From the IMG/VR virus record IMGVR_UViG_3300044701_003160, positions 155,019 through 219,018 of that record: a stretch of DNA of 64,000 nt. The stretch is one strand, 5' to 3'. A program made the translations under genes and the position numbers. This document shows, piece after piece, positions 9,551 to 20,300 of the stretch. Within the stretch, counting starts at the first letter, position 1, and each line of letters begins with the position of its first letter. The notes under the pieces were generated by a model. The model saw nothing but the letters and a program-made list of their open reading frames with translations. It was not told where the DNA came from and made no database searches.

Positions 9551-11196
9551 CACATATATTCCCACATATATGCGCGATCTCCGTATTCATCTAGGTGCCA
9601 TCTATCACCATCCTGATCAACAAAACTATCTTCATCTAAACCATCAGAAACAAATCCAAATGGTGACATATCTTGTTCGATTTGATTCCTCTGCTCTTCA
9701 TATAATCTCTTTCTTACATCTTGATCAGTAAGTTCTTTAAAATAATCTTGTGCTACTAACCAAGCATAAATTACAAGGCACATCGCTAAGTCATCATTAC
9801 ATCCTTCTTCTGCTTCAAATGAATTGTGTTTTTGAATAAAGGTTGTAAGCTCACTAATAATCTCATAATCATTTAAATATAACTTGTCTTCTTCGATCAT
9901 CGTTTTGAGATTCAGACATCCAACTTTCTTCACTGTTTTGGACATCTTAACTCCCAACTGAGTCTTCTTTCCAGAAAACCCTTGTCCAACAATTTGACCT
10001 GCTCTTCCTCTCATAGAGCACATAAGAAGGTTATTATATTCTAAGTCATACTGTAGGATTGAAGCCACCTGGTCTCCAACATCATTAACTTCACATAAAA
10101 TGTAAGCATCATTATAACTTTTTGCTATATCGTAAATAATACTTGGAAATAGCATAGGTTTTATTTCATTATTTCGATACTTAGCGACTACCTTATGTGG
10201 GAATTGTGTGATATCTACCACAGCAAACGCAGAGTAATCGCTTCCTACGCCTCTAGCAACGTCTACAGTAATCAAATAGTCGTGCTCTTCTACAGGATCC
10301 ACATAAACGTCTAAACCTGCACTACGGGTCTTAGGGTGGTCATATACGAGGGTTCTGAGTTTGCTTGGAGAGATTAAAGTATCAACTGATCCTAAGAACT
10401 CACATTCAAACTCAACCTTAAATTGAGAGTCTGAAGTGTTTGCAATTGTTTGCTTTTTCCACTCTTCATCTCTTCCAGGAACTTCACTCCAATGAACATC
10501 AGTAAATACATATTCATTTTTACCTTTCTCAGCATCGTGCCACATTCGGTAGAAATGGTTCATACCGTGTGGAGTAGAAACTATAATAACTTTAGTATTT
10601 TTACCTGAAGTAATTGTAGGATAAACTGAAGCAAAGAAAGAATCTGCAATATGGTTTGGAACGAAAGCAAATTCGTCCAGAAATAAGATATTGAATGACA
10701 TACCACGAACAGCAGAAGCAGAAGTAGAAGCAGCCAAGATTTTACTTCCATTTTCCAATTCAAGAGATCCTTTATTCCAAGATATGATACCTTGTTGCAT
10801 CCACTTAGGAAGATTTTCATAAGCAGTTTGAAGTCTATCTAAAAGTTCTCTTGCAGTCGCCGCTTTGTTTGCAAGAATACCAATATTTACATTATCATTA
10901 AAGACTGCATAGTGAAGTAGAAAAGATACTACAGTAGTACTTTTTCCAGTTTGCCGAGGCATTTTGCAGATATTAAATCTGTGATTATGGAAATTTTTAA
11001 TTAATTTTTCTTGAAAGTGATATGGTTTAAATGTCTGCAAACCGTGGTCAAGAGTCACAATTTTTACATAATTGTTTGCAAAATAAACAGGATCCTCCTG
11101 ACATTTAACAAACTCAAGAATTTGTTCTTGAGTAAATTCAATAGCAGTATTTGCCTTCTTTAATAAAGGATTACCAAGATAAACATCATTTGACAT
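9550..11196 (-). CDS. gp17: Terminase large subunit
   Basis: Walker A MPRQTGKST, Walker B LFLDEFAF, STPHG, nuclease DVARGVGSDYSA and NDDLAM motifs. Confidence 0.99.
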   Translation of the reverse strand: MSNDVYLGNPLLKKANTAIEFTQEQILEFVKCQEDPVYFANNYVKIVTLDHGLQTFKPYHFQEKLIKNFHNHRFNICKMPRQTGKSTTVVSFLLHYAVFNDNVNIGILANKAATARELLDRLQTAYENLPKWMQQGIISWNKGSLELENGSKILAASTSASAVRGMSFNILFLDEFAFVPNHIADSFFASVYPTITSGKNTKVIIVSTPHGMNHFYRMWHDAEKGKNEYVFTDVHWSEVPGRDEEWKKQTIANTSDSQFKVEFECEFLGSVDTLISPSKLRTLVYDHPKTRSAGLDVYVDPVEEHDYLITVDVARGVGSDYSAFAVVDITQFPHKVVAKYRNNEIKPMLFPSIIYDIAKSYNDAYILCEVNDVGDQVASILQYDLEYNNLLMCSMRGRAGQIVGQGFSGKKTQLGVKMSKTVKKVGCLNLKTMIEEDKLYLNDYEIISELTTFIQKHNSFEAEEGCNDDLAMCLVIYAWLVAQDYFKELTDQDVRKRLYEEQRNQIEQDMSPFGFVSDGLDEDSFVDQDGDRWHLDEYGDRAYMWEYM

Positions 11197-11211
11197 AATA
11201 AAACCTATTTG

Positions 11212-13155
11212 TTAATTACAATTCCAACGACGGAGTGCTTTGTTGATATTGCTATCAGGATCTCTTGCAGTCTTTGCGGAAGTAAGTTTAGATTTCATTC
11301 CAGACATACGACTACAAAAAGACTTACGACGAGATGCTCTTTTTCCCGTTGGATTTTTTTCAGTTACTGCAGTTTGAAGTTTTGATCCAGGATTTTCTCT
11401 ACGATATGCCTTAACTGCTTCTGGACTTAATCCATCAGTTCTATCCTTTCGATTAACTGATTGCCAATCTTCTTCAATCTCAACTTCTTCTCCCATCGGT
11501 TTTACATAATTTTTATTTGATCCTGGTTTCGCCGCACTTCCACCTTGAGGACCAAATGCTTGAATTAATGGTTGTCCCGGTTGAAGATCTGAAACCGAAT
11601 GATAGACTACATTACACCCAGGATAAACTTTTTGAAGTTCATCATTAATTTCTTTGCGAGTAGGAAGTTTTACCTGAGGGAAAAATATTTTGAGTGAATA
11701 GTATTTCCCTCTCCAAGAAAGAGTAACTGCAATGATATTGCCAGTTTGTGCTTGGAGTCTTGTTGCTTCATCTACTTGAGATTTAAATCCCTTAATTGGT
11801 TCGGGTTTAATCAAATCAACAACCTCAGCAAAAGTATTTCCATCTAAGTCTTCAATAGTTACATCTTCTTTTTTTACACATCTATTGTATTTTTTACCAA
11901 AAAGTTTTTGAGTACCTTTCTTTTCATATCCAGGCCAACATTTCATCTCATCCATAATTTTATCAACCAATTTTTGTTCTTCCATCTCACCACTTGCCAC
12001 ATAATCTGCAGCAGTGTCGATATAATCTGCTGCTTTAGTGATCTTTGACTGAACCCAAGCTTCTAAATCACCTTCACCTTTACCAACCTTTTTCTCCAAT
12101 CTTTTAAGTGCATTATGAATAGTTTTTAATTCTGATCTTGCCATAGAATATTCTTCATCTTTCACAGAAACTTTATCCCACGCCTTTTCTCCGTATGAAC
12201 ATTGTGATTTTGTTTCTCTTTTATCACATAATGGACAATACCTTTCTTCTTCTTGCATAGTTGCCTCTGATTTAGTTCCCCAGTTATCTGCGCCAACTTT
12301 ACGACATTTAACAAGTGCTCCAGATGCATATGCACTCGGCCAAACATCATATCGAGACTTTACTTTGTGATAACAAGCATCTTTTTTGCCACTACCTTTG
12401 CCAGGTTTGTCTTTGACTTCTTGTAGGTCCATTTCTTCAGTTCTTACGTTAGTTGGTTTTGCTCCACCAGTTTTTTGTGGTTGATTTGGGTCTTGAATAT
12501 TTTTTCTACGTCTTGCCGATTCTTCTTCATCTTTTGAAAGTGCTCTTTTCATTTTAGAACTCCCACATTTTGGAGTAGAAGTTTGACCTTCTTGACGAGC
12601 ACACGGTTTTCCTGCCCACTTTCCACCAAGTTGAACCCATCCACTTTTACCATCAGAAGATTTAGATTTGCCAAACCAATCACGAAGACCTTCATCGCCA
12701 GATTTAGTTTCTTCTTTTAAATTATCAATCCAATCATCAGGAGTTTTACCATTTTTATCTACAAAAGCATTGTGTAATTGTTTTGCAGTCATATCATTTT
12801 TTTTCATAATATTGCGCATTAATTTATCGACAGAATCATAAGAAGTATCTTTTAATTTTTTTAATCGATCCTCAAGTTCTGCAACTGCAGTATCTTCACA
12901 TCCACAATGTTCTTTTACATCTTTGAATTTTTTATGATGCTTTTTGGCATCTGCTTCCATTTTTTTCAAACGAGTATAATAATCTGGAATTTCATCAAGA
13001 TGTTGAAGAGCAATATTCATTGCTAGCTCATGATCTTTAGTATGTTCGTGCTCAATAGGTTCTCCCATATCAAGTTGCCTTTGTATGAAAGAAACTTCTA
13101 GACGATGCTTCTTTGCAATTTGTTCAACAGTTTTATGGGACTTAAATTTATTCAT
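11212..13155 (-). CDS. Modular basic hypothetical protein between gp16 and gp17 (possible head-packaged polyprotein)
   Basis: 647-aa ORF with a late promoter (ATAAATA 13177-13183); several small K/R/C-rich modules joined by Glu-rich linkers. Confidence 0.6.
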   Translation of the reverse strand: MNKFKSHKTVEQIAKKHRLEVSFIQRQLDMGEPIEHEHTKDHELAMNIALQHLDEIPDYYTRLKKMEADAKKHHKKFKDVKEHCGCEDTAVAELEDRLKKLKDTSYDSVDKLMRNIMKKNDMTAKQLHNAFVDKNGKTPDDWIDNLKEETKSGDEGLRDWFGKSKSSDGKSGWVQLGGKWAGKPCARQEGQTSTPKCGSSKMKRALSKDEEESARRRKNIQDPNQPQKTGGAKPTNVRTEEMDLQEVKDKPGKGSGKKDACYHKVKSRYDVWPSAYASGALVKCRKVGADNWGTKSEATMQEEERYCPLCDKRETKSQCSYGEKAWDKVSVKDEEYSMARSELKTIHNALKRLEKKVGKGEGDLEAWVQSKITKAADYIDTAADYVASGEMEEQKLVDKIMDEMKCWPGYEKKGTQKLFGKKYNRCVKKEDVTIEDLDGNTFAEVVDLIKPEPIKGFKSQVDEATRLQAQTGNIIAVTLSWRGKYYSLKIFFPQVKLPTRKEINDELQKVYPGCNVVYHSVSDLQPGQPLIQAFGPQGGSAAKPGSNKNYVKPMGEEVEIEEDWQSVNRKDRTDGLSPEAVKAYRRENPGSKLQTAVTEKNPTGKRASRRKSFCSRMSGMKSKLTSAKTARDPDSNINKALRRWNCN

Positions 13156-13179
13156 TAGTTAAATGAACCCTTTATGTAT

Positions 13180-13614
13180 TTATTGTTCAGATTGATTCTG
13201 CGATTGTTGCTTTAACAGTTTTGCCAATTCTGTAGTAGAACCAACAAAGAGTGCATTATTTACTGTTGTGGGTCCCTTTGGACTATCCTCTTCAACATCT
13301 TTTTTGATCTTATGTAATGCCATAAGTTTTTCTGCAATTTCACTTGTATTCTTAATTAATTGTCCTGCAACTTCGTAAGCACGAGGCATTTCACTTTCTT
13401 GTGCCAATTCAAGAATTCCATTAATCGCTTCCTGTCCCTTTTCTACAAGAGAATATAAATTTCCTCTTGCATAATCATAATCTTTTTTAATATCATCAGC
13501 ATCTGAAGCATATTTTTCTATCTTTTCAGAAACCTTTTCTGCTTCAACAGGAACTATTTCTCCCTCCACATTAAAAGTTTCGTTTAACTTATCGAACTTT
13601 TTAGTCATTTTCAT
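13180..13614 (-). CDS. gp16: Terminase small subunit
   Basis: DYDYARGNL..LVEKGQEAINGILELAQES..PRAYEV, TTVNNALFVGSTTEL. Confidence 0.95.
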   Translation of the reverse strand: MKMTKKFDKLNETFNVEGEIVPVEAEKVSEKIEKYASDADDIKKDYDYARGNLYSLVEKGQEAINGILELAQESEMPRAYEVAGQLIKNTSEIAEKLMALHKIKKDVEEDSPKGPTTVNNALFVGSTTELAKLLKQQSQNQSEQ

Positions 13615-13620
13615 ATCTTA

Positions 13621-14622
13621 TCAAAATACAGTTCCATTAAATCCAAAATCATCTCCATCTTCAATTAGAGCACTATCTGCAGAAGTGATTGATTTTACTT
13701 CAGCACCTGATAAATGAGCAGTAATTGTTGTATTATCTTTTCCTCTTTCCACAGTAAGAATATTTCCTGACTTTGAAGTTACGTAAATTTCTTCACCTTC
13801 CAAATCAAGGTAACTATTAATTGCAATAGAACTTGCATCATTCACTTCTATTAAGGTAGTATCAGTTGTAATATCTTTTGATATATTTGTAATAACTATA
13901 CCAGTATAATTTTGAATTGCTCTTGGTTCGACTGAATATACAATCTCTCGCGTTGGAGTTGAAGTAGGATCTCCAGCAATATAACTGACAGTGGCTTTTT
14001 TGATAATATCTTTGGTTGCAGAAGAAACTGGACCAAATAGGTATGTTTTTGCAGTAAATCTTAAGGTGTAAATTAAAACTCTTCTAGTAGTAAAATCTCC
14101 CTCATAATCATCCTGCATAGTAATATTTTCTAAAATTACAGGAATATCTCTTTTTTCATTAATTGTTTCAACTAAATCAACAGTCATAGTGTATGCTGGT
14201 TGAAAATATGGTAGGATTTGTTCTACAATTTGAAGAGCATCGTCGTTCAATTTTGACATAATACTCAACTCAAATTGCATATTATATGGGACTGGTAGAT
14301 ATGCTTTTTTTGTTTCTGTACCGTCTTCTACAGACTTTGCAGTAAAGGTTTGAGTTGTTGTTGATTTTCTTGATGCATCATAAGTTAATCCTGTAAATTC
14401 AAATGACATTCTTGGCAATGTAATTTGAATCGGTTTACTTAAATTTGGCGATTGATTTAATCTTGCAAGAAATTTCTGAGTTGGACCATATGCAAGAGGA
14501 ACTTTAATTGCACTAACAACTTGCTCAGCATTGTTTACGTGCTTGATCGTAATATCATTAAATAGTGAACCAAATGAAATTACAGTTTTCCTTAAAATTT
14601 CGTGATAAAAGTACTCAAACAT
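13621..14622 (-). CDS. gp15: Tail sheath stabilizer/terminator
   Basis: FYHEILRKTVISFGSLFN, VPLAYGPTQKFLARL, LPRMSFE, PVPYN, QIVEQILPYFQP. Confidence 0.96.
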   Translation of the reverse strand: MFEYFYHEILRKTVISFGSLFNDITIKHVNNAEQVVSAIKVPLAYGPTQKFLARLNQSPNLSKPIQITLPRMSFEFTGLTYDASRKSTTTQTFTAKSVEDGTETKKAYLPVPYNMQFELSIMSKLNDDALQIVEQILPYFQPAYTMTVDLVETINEKRDIPVILENITMQDDYEGDFTTRRVLIYTLRFTAKTYLFGPVSSATKDIIKKATVSYIAGDPTSTPTREIVYSVEPRAIQNYTGIVITNISKDITTDTTLIEVNDASSIAINSYLDLEGEEIYVTSKSGNILTVERGKDNTTITAHLSGAEVKSITSADSALIEDGDDFGFNGTVF

Positions 14623-14654
14623 ATGATTGACTCAGGTTAAATAGTATTTATGTT

Positions 14655-16073
14655 TTATGGCATTCCAAATGGATTTGTTTCATCAAAATCAATAATATCG
14701 TCTGCTTCTTCCTCAATCTCATCATTCGCCGCATATCCATCTCTGCTGAGAGAAGGGACAACATTAGATGAACGTAAATAATGAGACGCACTCGATGCAG
14801 AACCAACAATACTTTCTCCAGAAATAAAATTACCGCTCAATTGGGAGACTTGAAGAACTTTTGTAGTTGAGTTCCAAGATTTAACTCTTGCAGTTACACC
14901 GCTTTGTGATCCGGTCACCAATTCGTTAAAAATAAAGTTTCCGACAGAAGTTAAGAGAGGATTTCCAATTGTAATTGTTGGTTCTGCAGTATATCCAAGT
15001 CCTGCATTTGTAATGTAAATTGCCGTGATTGATCCTGCAGTAGATACAACTGCAGTTGCTGCAGCAGATATTGTTGATATTCCTGCAAAAGTAATATTTG
15101 GTGGATTTATATATCCTGAACCAGAATTTGTAATAGTGATTATTCCTACAATTCCATCTCCAATAGTAGCAGTTGCGGCCGCACCACTACCACCACCTCC
15201 AATAAATCTTACTCCTGGAGTTGTAGTATATCCGTATCCGGCATTAGTAAGTAAAACTCTCTGAACTGACTTTGCTTGTGGATTTATATTATCATTACAT
15301 ACAACAACCCCACCGATCATTTCTGCAACTGCGGTTGCTGTTTTACCTCCAAAAGGAGCGGATGAAATACCGACAGTAGGAGTACTGGTATATCCTCCGC
15401 CACGATTTGTAATTGTGATAAATCTTATTCCACCGTTTACAATTGAAGCGGTTGCTGTCGCAGTAATTCCAACACCTGCCATTGTAAGGTTTACAAGATT
15501 TCCAACAGGTGTTTTTTCTGGATCGGTTGAGTTATCTCCTGATATTAATTCATCAATTTCATTAATACTTGTATCAATAAGTTCGTCTTCATATCTAAAG
15601 AGTTCGCATCTTAACTGATAAGTGTAACTGCCTTGAAGTTGATAGAATGGCTTTTCATGCTCTACATATTTAATTTCAAATAAACGCCTACCCAAAGGAA
15701 AATAAATTAGATCTCCTTCTTTTGGTCTTGATGACAGTTTAATATTTGATTGATTTTGAATCAGGGGTGAAATATAATTTTTAAATCTTTCCCTTGAAAT
15801 AATTAATGTAATTTCATTAAGTGCTTGAATACCAAACTTTGACAGGATTGTTGGATTATCTCCATATCCATCAAAACTATCAACATATGCCTCAATAGGA
15901 TATGCGTTATTGAATTCTGACTCAATAACTTCTCTTATGACTGTTTTCTCTGTGATATATTGTCTAGGAAGATAATGAACCTCAACACCATACATTCTCA
16001 ACTGTTCGTTGATTAGGTCTTGAATAAGACCTTGCTCTGTTTTAGATCCTTGAAGAAAAAATGGATTGAGCAT
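14655..16073 (-). CDS. gp14: Neck protein with a Gly/Thr-rich insertion
   Basis: EQGLIQDLINEQLRMYG, LFEIKYVEHEKPFYQL, LRCELFRY, DFDETNPFG C-terminus. Confidence 0.93.
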   Translation of the reverse strand: MLNPFFLQGSKTEQGLIQDLINEQLRMYGVEVHYLPRQYITEKTVIREVIESEFNNAYPIEAYVDSFDGYGDNPTILSKFGIQALNEITLIISRERFKNYISPLIQNQSNIKLSSRPKEGDLIYFPLGRRLFEIKYVEHEKPFYQLQGSYTYQLRCELFRYEDELIDTSINEIDELISGDNSTDPEKTPVGNLVNLTMAGVGITATATASIVNGGIRFITITNRGGGYTSTPTVGISSAPFGGKTATAVAEMIGGVVVCNDNINPQAKSVQRVLLTNAGYGYTTTPGVRFIGGGGSGAAATATIGDGIVGIITITNSGSGYINPPNITFAGISTISAAATAVVSTAGSITAIYITNAGLGYTAEPTITIGNPLLTSVGNFIFNELVTGSQSGVTARVKSWNSTTKVLQVSQLSGNFISGESIVGSASSASHYLRSSNVVPSLSRDGYAANDEIEEEADDIIDFDETNPFGMP

Positions 16074-16078
16074 AATTT

Positions 16079-16927
16079 TTATCCGATCATATCATAAGGA
16101 GGAAGTTCATAAGTATTGGACATTTTTTCCATCAATATATCAATTTCTCTTTGTGCATCATCATACATTTGTCTTCCATTTAATTCAACGCCACCAGGAA
16201 GTTTAACTCCCGTAAATTTCATCATATTTTGCCCCCACTGCTTTTTGATAAGAGAAGTTAGGTATGGTTTAATAAATGAATCATTCCATACTCGGGAATA
16301 ATCATTTGGGTCGAGGGTTGAATAACAATCAATTACAAAATATTGACTTGTTGTTACTGATCCCCAATCAATATCTAGATATAATCTATCCTGCCTCTTA
16401 TTAAATCTAATCTGCTTTTGGGTGTTTAAAAGAAAATCAAGATCCTCCAAATAAGTCTTAACCATCGCATAACTTAAGAGTTCTGTTGTTCCCCAATAGT
16501 AAATATCATTTAAAAATAACTGATATTTTACACTAAACATATTATGTGTAATAGTGTTGGCACCATCAAAAGTAAAGATTTTATTTACACCAATAACATT
16601 TGGTGGAACTTGCAAATAATTGCTATTTTCTTCATAAGTAAAAGTTGTTGCAGTCCCTACAATATTAGTTGTAACCGTTGTCGATGCAATTCCAACAGCA
16701 GGAGAAGAACCTCCTCTAGCTCTTCCCCTATCAATATCTGCTTGAGTTACCTTATACTTATAAAAAGTTGGATATACTCCATCAAAATGTCTTTCTTGAA
16801 AAAACTGAATAGCATCATCTACTAAATCTTCAATCTGTTCATCTGCAACATTAATTTCCAAAACTGGAGCTCCCAGTTTTCTCTTGCAATAATCAATAAG
16901 TTCTTGTCGAGTGGATGGTTGTGCCAT
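16079..16927 (-). CDS. gp13: Neck protein
   Basis: RQELIDYCKRKLGAPVLEINV, KKQWGQNMMKFTGVKLPGGVELNG. Confidence 0.96.
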   Translation of the reverse strand: MAQPSTRQELIDYCKRKLGAPVLEINVADEQIEDLVDDAIQFFQERHFDGVYPTFYKYKVTQADIDRGRARGGSSPAVGIASTTVTTNIVGTATTFTYEENSNYLQVPPNVIGVNKIFTFDGANTITHNMFSVKYQLFLNDIYYWGTTELLSYAMVKTYLEDLDFLLNTQKQIRFNKRQDRLYLDIDWGSVTTSQYFVIDCYSTLDPNDYSRVWNDSFIKPYLTSLIKKQWGQNMMKFTGVKLPGGVELNGRQMYDDAQREIDILMEKMSNTYELPPYDMIG

Positions 16928-17097
16928 TAGATTCTAAGACTTGCAACGACTTCTTGTTGACTAAGATATAATTTAATATGAGATTTTGCAAGAGTTCTCA
17001 AAATTTCAATATCATCTATACTATCTATATCTCTTGAAAGTTTTTCATATTCAAACATTTTAGTCATACTCTCAAGATGAATTTGATTAGGATCCAT
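16927..17097 (-). CDS. Hypothetical protein (56 aa)
   Basis: Hand-translated MDPNQIHLESMTKMFEYEKLSRDID...; TAATG overlap with the gp13 start. Confidence 0.65.
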   Translation of the reverse strand: MDPNQIHLESMTKMFEYEKLSRDIDSIDDIEILRTLAKSHIKLYLSQQEVVASLRI

Positions 17098-17311
17098 TTG
17101 CTAAGTTCCTCAATAAGGTTTTAATTTCATTCAAATCATTTTTGATTTCACTCACATCAGTCTCAAGATTTTTAATTCTTTGCGTTTCATTGTATATTCT
17201 TTTATAGTTTTCTGTATATTGTTTATATCCATCTACATCAAAATTAACTATGCCGTTTGAATTCATATCTCTTGCTAGATGATTTTTATCTTTAACTTTT
17301 ATGTAATCCAT
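17087..17311 (-). CDS. Hypothetical protein with C-terminal coiled coil
   Basis: 74-aa ORF tightly packed in the late operon. Confidence 0.7.
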   Translation of the reverse strand: MDYIKVKDKNHLARDMNSNGIVNFDVDGYKQYTENYKRIYNETQRIKNLETDVSEIKNDLNEIKTLLRNLANGS

Positions 17312-17313
17312 AA

Positions 17314-20300
17314 TTAAACTCTGGGTCTGATGGTTGCGATTGCTCTTAATTGACTAATAGTTGGCGGAGTTGCCTGATTGGTTCCTGCCATTACAATCTT
17401 AATAGCAAAAGCGTTGAAATCGGGTAAATCATCTACAGAATATTCATAATCTAAGAAACCGGTATCTGATGAAATCTGAACAAAACTATCAGATGATCCA
17501 TCATTTAAAGAAGGATCTATAACTCTTTTAATTCCCTGTCCATCTATTTGATAATTTGAATAACCTGGGAACAATTCAAAATTTTGTGATAACTTGGGAG
17601 AATCATCTCTAAAGAGTTGATAAAGAACTCTAATATCATTAGTTTCATTGCGATTTGCTGATAATAAAACTTTAATGGAATTTGCAGGAATTTTAAGTCT
17701 TACCGGTTTTGAAAGATAAATTGTTGCATGTTTGTCATCATATAAACTCCTTATAGTATCATCATTTGCATAATTGGAATTTTCATTTACTCCATATGGA
17801 CTATTGATAAGATTAGATGTTAAAATTGCATTAACTTGAATGTCATCTATAACTGGAGAAATTCTAGAATCTTCAGTAGTCAATAAAAATTCCATACTAA
17901 ATGATTTATTTCCGGGAGATTCTGTAATATATCTTTCTTCATTAACATCAGAACAAATAATTCTGGGAGTATCAAAATAATAAGTATCATTTAAAGAAAT
18001 TGTTGTAAATCCATCATCAACGAACGATTTTTCATTACCATTAATACTTGTTCCAGTAAAGGTTCTAATCTTACAAGAAATATTTGTTTTTGCTGGAATA
18101 ATATATGCAACATTTGGTGTAATCGCTTCAAATTGAATATTATTTGTCAATATTGTTCCACTGTTTCCAGTCTGGATTGTTTCTTTAAAGTAAAGATCAT
18201 TTGTACGATCAGAACCAATTCCAGCATTATCTGACATATCAATTTTTATAAAATATGAATTAAGTTCAATTGGGTGAAGACCTGTGACATCAGCAAAGTT
18301 ATGAACTTTATTAATTCTTCTCAAAGAAACACCGTTAAATTCATACTTATAAACTGGAACTGAAATACCTGCAACGCCGATTCCATAAGGTTGCGATTTA
18401 GTTCCATCAATTCCTCTGGTAACATCAATCAATGAATTCCCAGAAATTCCAGTATATGAAATAACCTCCTCACCAATAATAGCATATCCTGGATTGATTG
18501 CATTTACTTCAATTCCCTCAAAAATTTCAAATCCTAAAGATGACTCTAGAGGTATAGTAGTTTGTCCTGATGTGATTGAAGATGTTGTTGAGGAATTTAC
18601 TTCAGACTGCAAAGGTCTAAATGAACTAATTCTTAAAAGATTTTCAGTGGAATGCATTCCGTGATTCATATGCAAAATCTTCATATGTAAACCATCATAA
18701 TATGGATCTGGTGTAATTGTGTTTATAGTAACTCCAGCACCTGTTACTATTGTTGTTCCTGCCCCAGTCCTATAACTAATAGTTGTGAGGCCAACATTAA
18801 ATTCTCCTTGAACATTATCAATGATAAATGCATTTCTTGACGCAATATTTTCAACAGTCAATTTCCCACCAAATCCAACATTTTGTCCCATTCCAGTTTC
18901 GGGAATCAGTAGAGAATCGCCAACTTGATATCCAAAACCACCATCAGTAATTGTAACAGTAGCAATTCCTATTACGTTTCCGGTAGAAGTGGTTACAGTA
19001 GTAACACCAATTGTTGCCTTTGCTCCAATGCCCGTTCCAGTTTCAGTTTCTAGAGAAATATTTGTAAATGTTCCTGCAGTATAACCAAATCCGGGATTTG
19101 CTATAGAAATTCCCAATCCAACACCAGATGTAATACTTCCAGCAATACCTATTAATTTTCCAGTTGCTGATCCTTGGACTAAGGTTACTCCAGGAACAAC
19201 ATTAGTAGTGTCATATCCTGTTGAACCTAAACCAACGATAATTTTTTTTGAAAGTGGTAAGACTTGATTTTCTCCTGTTACCGTTAATTTTTCATTTCCT
19301 AAGTCAAGTTTTGGATTAAAGTATCTTACTGCACCTTCATTAGCAATAAAGTCTGCTCTATAAAGTCTATACTTCAAGTCTTCTAATTGTGCTGGAGACC
19401 AAGTTGAACTGTTTTGTGATTTGAACAGACTTCCTAAAGTTGGTTGAACCGAAACTATCACTCCGGTTCCATTATCTGGAGAATCTCCTGGCAATAAAGA
19501 CTTTTTACCTAATTCTGCAATAAAAACTCTATATTGTGGACTTCCTGAGAAAAGAACAACGGCAAATTGTGATGTTTGTTGACTTCCTATAGGAGATTGT
19601 CTGACTTCTAATTGTTGCGGCCCTGGCAAATAAACGGGAGAAGAGAATATGAATTTAGTTGCAACTGTTCCATCGTTTGATACATTAACTTGATCTGGAG
19701 TTAGAGTAACTTCAGAAAATGGAACAACAACATTGCTTGGGACTCCAGCGATCAAAGGTCTAATTTGTAAAGATACTGGAAGACTATCATCTTTAGTTTG
19801 AAAAAATATTTCAACGGAGGTTAAAAATATTCCAGTACTTTCAGTAACAAAGAAAGATTGTGCTAGAGGATCTTTATATTCCCAAACCGCAACCTGATTT
19901 GGTTTTGCAGTTACTGTTTGAGTTGAATCAAATGTAGTTGTATTTGTAGTTGTATTTGTAGTTGTTTTAGTAGTTACATTGTAACTACTTAAAATCGTTA
20001 TAGTTCTAGTAGTTAGAATATTAGTTTGTTCTACTTTATAAGTTCCTCTAGACGCAAATTCTGCCTCAGCTGAACTTTCATTAACTCTTGTATTTGAAAT
20101 AAACTCTTTATAAATGTTTCCGGCATTTTGTAATGTTGATGTGTCAATTAAAGTAAAGGTATTTTGTCCATTAATCCACTTTGGATTACTTGGAATATTT
20201 GGATTTGGAATATATATAGATCCTAATAATCTTCCAGAATTATCAGAAATTAATCTAATATTGGTAATTTTAGCAACTGCACCAGACTTTTTACCAATTA

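Noticed and set aside
545-11196. Introns or inteins in gp23, gp20, gp18 or gp17
   Set aside because: The ORFs are continuous, of normal length, and show no intein or LAGLIDADG/HNH insertion motifs.
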